Assembly: GCA_049699855.1 (NCBI GenBank)
Contig: JBNAWM010000003.1
Span: 1 to 46,045 of the forward strand
Length of the DNA stretch: 46,045 bases
Direction: 5' to 3'
Source: Candidatus Cryosericum sp.
Lineage (GTDB): Bacteria > Caldisericota > Caldisericia > Cryosericales > Cryosericaceae
The notes below the pieces were generated by a model. That model worked only from the letters and a program-made list of their open reading frames with translations. It was not told the origin of the DNA and did no database searches. Shown piece after piece: positions 43,575 to 46,045 of the stretch. The translations under genes were made by a program, and so were the position numbers. Each line of letters begins with the position of its first letter. The first letter of the stretch is position 1.

Positions 43575-45467
43575 ATGGATGAAAATGTTGTCAGGTTTCT
43601 TGAGGAGCGGCTCGGCGCGGAGCAGTATGAGAAGCTGAGCAAAATCCGGAATGAGAGGCTGTACAATTTCCTTGCGCGCTTCATCAAGTTGCTCGATCCA
43701 GCAAGTGTCTTTATCTGCAATGACTCTCCTGAAGACCTCTCCTATATCAGCGAGAAGGCGATTCATGATGGTGAGGAACAGCGTCTGGCGATGAACGGAC
43801 ACACATTGCACTTTGATTCGCCTCTGGACCAGGGTCGTGACAAGGAGCACACCAACATTCTGGTGGATCCCGGCGAGGAGATGGGCCCCAAAATCTCCAC
43901 GCGCGATCGTTCGGAGGGTCTGAAGGACATCGGCGAGGTCATGAATGGCATCATGCGCGGGCGGGAACTGCTCGTCCTGTTTGCTACCCTTGGCCCCAAC
44001 GGGTCGGAATTCGCCATTCCCGGTGTTCAGTTAACCGATAGTCCCTATGTGGCTCACTCCGAGAAGCTGCTCTACCGGCCCGGCTACGAGGAGTTCATCC
44101 GCCAGGGCGAAGACGCCCGTTTCTTCAAGTTTGTTCATTCCGAGGGAGAGCTGACCGAAAACAAGACCACAAAGAATATCGAGAAACGGCGCATCTACAT
44201 CGATCTCAAGGATGACATTGTGTACAGCGCCAACACGCAGTATGCAGGCAATACGCTTGGCATGAAGAAGATGGCAATGCGCCTTGCCATCCACCGTGGG
44301 TCACAGGAAGGATGGTTGTGCGAGCATATGCTGGTCATGGGTATTCATGGGCCTCACGGGCGCGTCACCTACTTCACGGGCGCGTTCCCTTCCATGTGCG
44401 GCAAGACCTCGACTGCTATGCTGGATGGCGAGAGCATCGTCGGCGACGACATTGCCTACCTTCGCAAGATCGACGGGGTCGTTCGAGCAGTCAACTGCGA
44501 ACACGGCATGTTTGGCATCATTCTGGGCGTCAACAGCAAGGACGATCCCATTCAGTGGAAGGCTTTGCACGCGCCCGGCCATCAAGTCATCTTCAGCAAT
44601 GTTCTGAGAACCGACGATGGCGGGGTGTACTGGGAAGGCAAGGATGTGCCGATACCTGCGCACGGAGTGAATTTCAAGGGGGAGTGGACGCCAGATACCG
44701 TTGACAAGGATGGCAAGCCGGTGCCTGCCTCTCATCCGAATGCGCGTTTCACCCTGGGCCTCGAGATGCTCGAGAACCTGGACGCCAATGTCGACAATCC
44801 GGCTGGCGTGGAAGTGGGAGCCTACGTGTACGGTGGGCGAGACTCCGACACCTGGGTGCCGGTGGAGGAGTCGCTTGATTGGGCGCACGGCATCGTTGCG
44901 TTTGGGGCTTCGATCGAATCCGAGACGACTGCCGCTACGATCGGCAAGGCTGGGGTACGTCAGCACAACCCCATGTCTAATCTGGATTTTCTGTCCATTC
45001 CGCTGGGCAAGTACCTTCAGATCAACGTCGACTTTGCGAACGGAGCGAAACGGCTGCCCAGGATTTTCGGGGTCAACTACTTTCTGAAGAGCCGGGACGG
45101 CAAATTCCTCAACGGAAAAAATGACAAGAAGGTCTGGTACAAATGGATGGAGCTTCGCTGCCATGGCGACGTCAAGGCCATCAAGACAGCGACAGGCTGG
45201 ATTCCGCAGTATGATGATCTTGTGCCACTGTTCAAAGAGATCATCGGACGAGAATATCCGCAGGAGGAGTACGAAGCCGAGTTCTCCCTCCGCATCCCTG
45301 AGAACCTGAGCAAGATCGACCGCGTCATAGAGAGCTGGAAGGCGAGCACGCACGATACTCCCGAGGTCCTGTTCGTGGAACTTGAGGCTCAACGGGCGCG
45401 CTTGCTGGAAGCCCAGAAGGCATTTGGCGACGAAGTGAAGCCTTCTCAATGGGGAATCGTCGGCTAG
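43575..45467 (+). CDS. pckG: Phosphoenolpyruvate carboxykinase (GTP)
   Basis: GWLCEHM, FPSMCGKTS, VGDDIA, HPNARF, YGGRD, VNYF; GGAGG SD before ATG 43575. Confidence 0.93.
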   Translation: MDENVVRFLEERLGAEQYEKLSKIRNERLYNFLARFIKLLDPASVFICNDSPEDLSYISEKAIHDGEEQRLAMNGHTLHFDSPLDQGRDKEHTNILVDPGEEMGPKISTRDRSEGLKDIGEVMNGIMRGRELLVLFATLGPNGSEFAIPGVQLTDSPYVAHSEKLLYRPGYEEFIRQGEDARFFKFVHSEGELTENKTTKNIEKRRIYIDLKDDIVYSANTQYAGNTLGMKKMAMRLAIHRGSQEGWLCEHMLVMGIHGPHGRVTYFTGAFPSMCGKTSTAMLDGESIVGDDIAYLRKIDGVVRAVNCEHGMFGIILGVNSKDDPIQWKALHAPGHQVIFSNVLRTDDGGVYWEGKDVPIPAHGVNFKGEWTPDTVDKDGKPVPASHPNARFTLGLEMLENLDANVDNPAGVEVGAYVYGGRDSDTWVPVEESLDWAHGIVAFGASIESETTAATIGKAGVRQHNPMSNLDFLSIPLGKYLQINVDFANGAKRLPRIFGVNYFLKSRDGKFLNGKNDKKVWYKWMELRCHGDVKAIKTATGWIPQYDDLVPLFKEIIGREYPQEEYEAEFSLRIPENLSKIDRVIESWKASTHDTPEVLFVELEAQRARLLEAQKAFGDEVKPSQWGIVG

Positions 45468-45501
45468 TCGTCAGAAACAACATCAGAGCAGCTAAAATCC
45501 T

Positions 45502-45526
45502 GGCCCCCTCCTCAAGAGGGGGCTTT
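45502..45526 (+). terminator. Intrinsic terminator between convergent genes
   Basis: GCCCCCTC-CTCAA-GAGGGGGC followed by TTT. Confidence 0.7.
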
Positions 45527-45537
45527 CCCTAGTCCTT

Positions 45538-46045
45538 TTATGGTTTCTTAGTCTTTATGAGAGGGGATTTGGTTTCTGCAAGAAGTTGTTTGCGGACCTG
45601 TGTGACAGAAACGAAAACAAAACCGTGCGACTGAAAGGCGGGGATGATTCGCTCCAGATAATTGCCTGATTGACCAGTTACTGAATGCGATGATGGTAGT
45701 CGTTCACGGAACGGATGAAAGAACAGAGAGGCAAGCACTTTTGCATGCGAGCTGTCAGCAAAGGAGACGATGGATTGAGCTTGTCGAAGCCCCTGAACCA
45801 TACCGAGAGGGGTAGGAACAAAGCAGACTTGGCCCACAGCGGGATTGGAGCTCTTGAGCAGAAACGGAATGCTTTTGCGATTGCCCACGGGCCCAGGTTC
45901 ATAGATGATGGAGAAGCGGCTCTCCAAGTAGGCGTACTGCTCGGGAGACGCAGTGTAGTGAGGCGTTTCCCAGAAGGCAATAGGGATATCCGCTCCTTTT
46001 GCCGCAGCGAGAGCAGCATCCACACGCAGGGCCATATATGGCGCT
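45538..46045 (-). CDS. DUF2334/polysaccharide deacetylase-like protein (5' partial)
   Basis: FWETPHYTAS and ASLFFHPF motifs; frame is open to the window end. Confidence 0.65.
   Translation of the reverse strand, partial: APYMALRVDAALAAAKGADIPIAFWETPHYTASPEQYAYLESRFSIIYEPGPVGNRKSIPFLLKSSNPAVGQVCFVPTPLGMVQGLRQAQSIVSFADSSHAKVLASLFFHPFRERLPSSHSVTGQSGNYLERIIPAFQSHGFVFVSVTQVRKQLLAETKSPLIKTKKP

Noticed and set aside
44301..45449. Long antisense ORFs (also 34341-35336, 40370-41284, 38723-39472, 33585-34328)
   Set aside because: Shadow frames of well-supported genes in GC-rich DNA, with no motifs
1..46045. CRISPR arrays, tRNA/rRNA, IS or phage genes, NrdR boxes, sigma54 -24/-12 promoters, known riboswitches
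   Set aside because: None recognised on manual reading; a covariance-model scan would be needed to exclude weak cases

Overview
GC-rich chromosomal window from an anaerobic bacterium (class III RNR, rubrerythrin, Fhs, GTP-PEPCK, PPi- and ATP-type PFKs). Taxonomy cannot be fixed from the sequence alone. About 42 CDS; no rRNA, tRNA, CRISPR or mobile element was recognised. Main observations: (1) A split class III ribonucleotide reductase. The 683-aa NrdD lacks its glycyl-radical loop, which is encoded instead as a separate 65-aa gene with its own SD, extended -10 and terminator, separated from nrdD by an unrelated membrane-anchored protein gene. (2) A candidate ~85-nt antisense-strand sRNA between nif3 and alr, with a near-consensus promoter, a 5' hairpin, an anti-Shine-Dalgarno seed and a terminator. 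(3) One MoxR AAA+ gene embedded in three tandem DUF58 + DUF4129-like membrane pairs. (4) Six DegV domains in five ORFs, including a fusion apparently created by a 1-nt deletion, in an operon ending in a TPR/CofE-like protein. (5) Eight candidate sigma70 promoters that all have a 16-bp spacer. All family calls come from motif recognition by eye, not from database searches.
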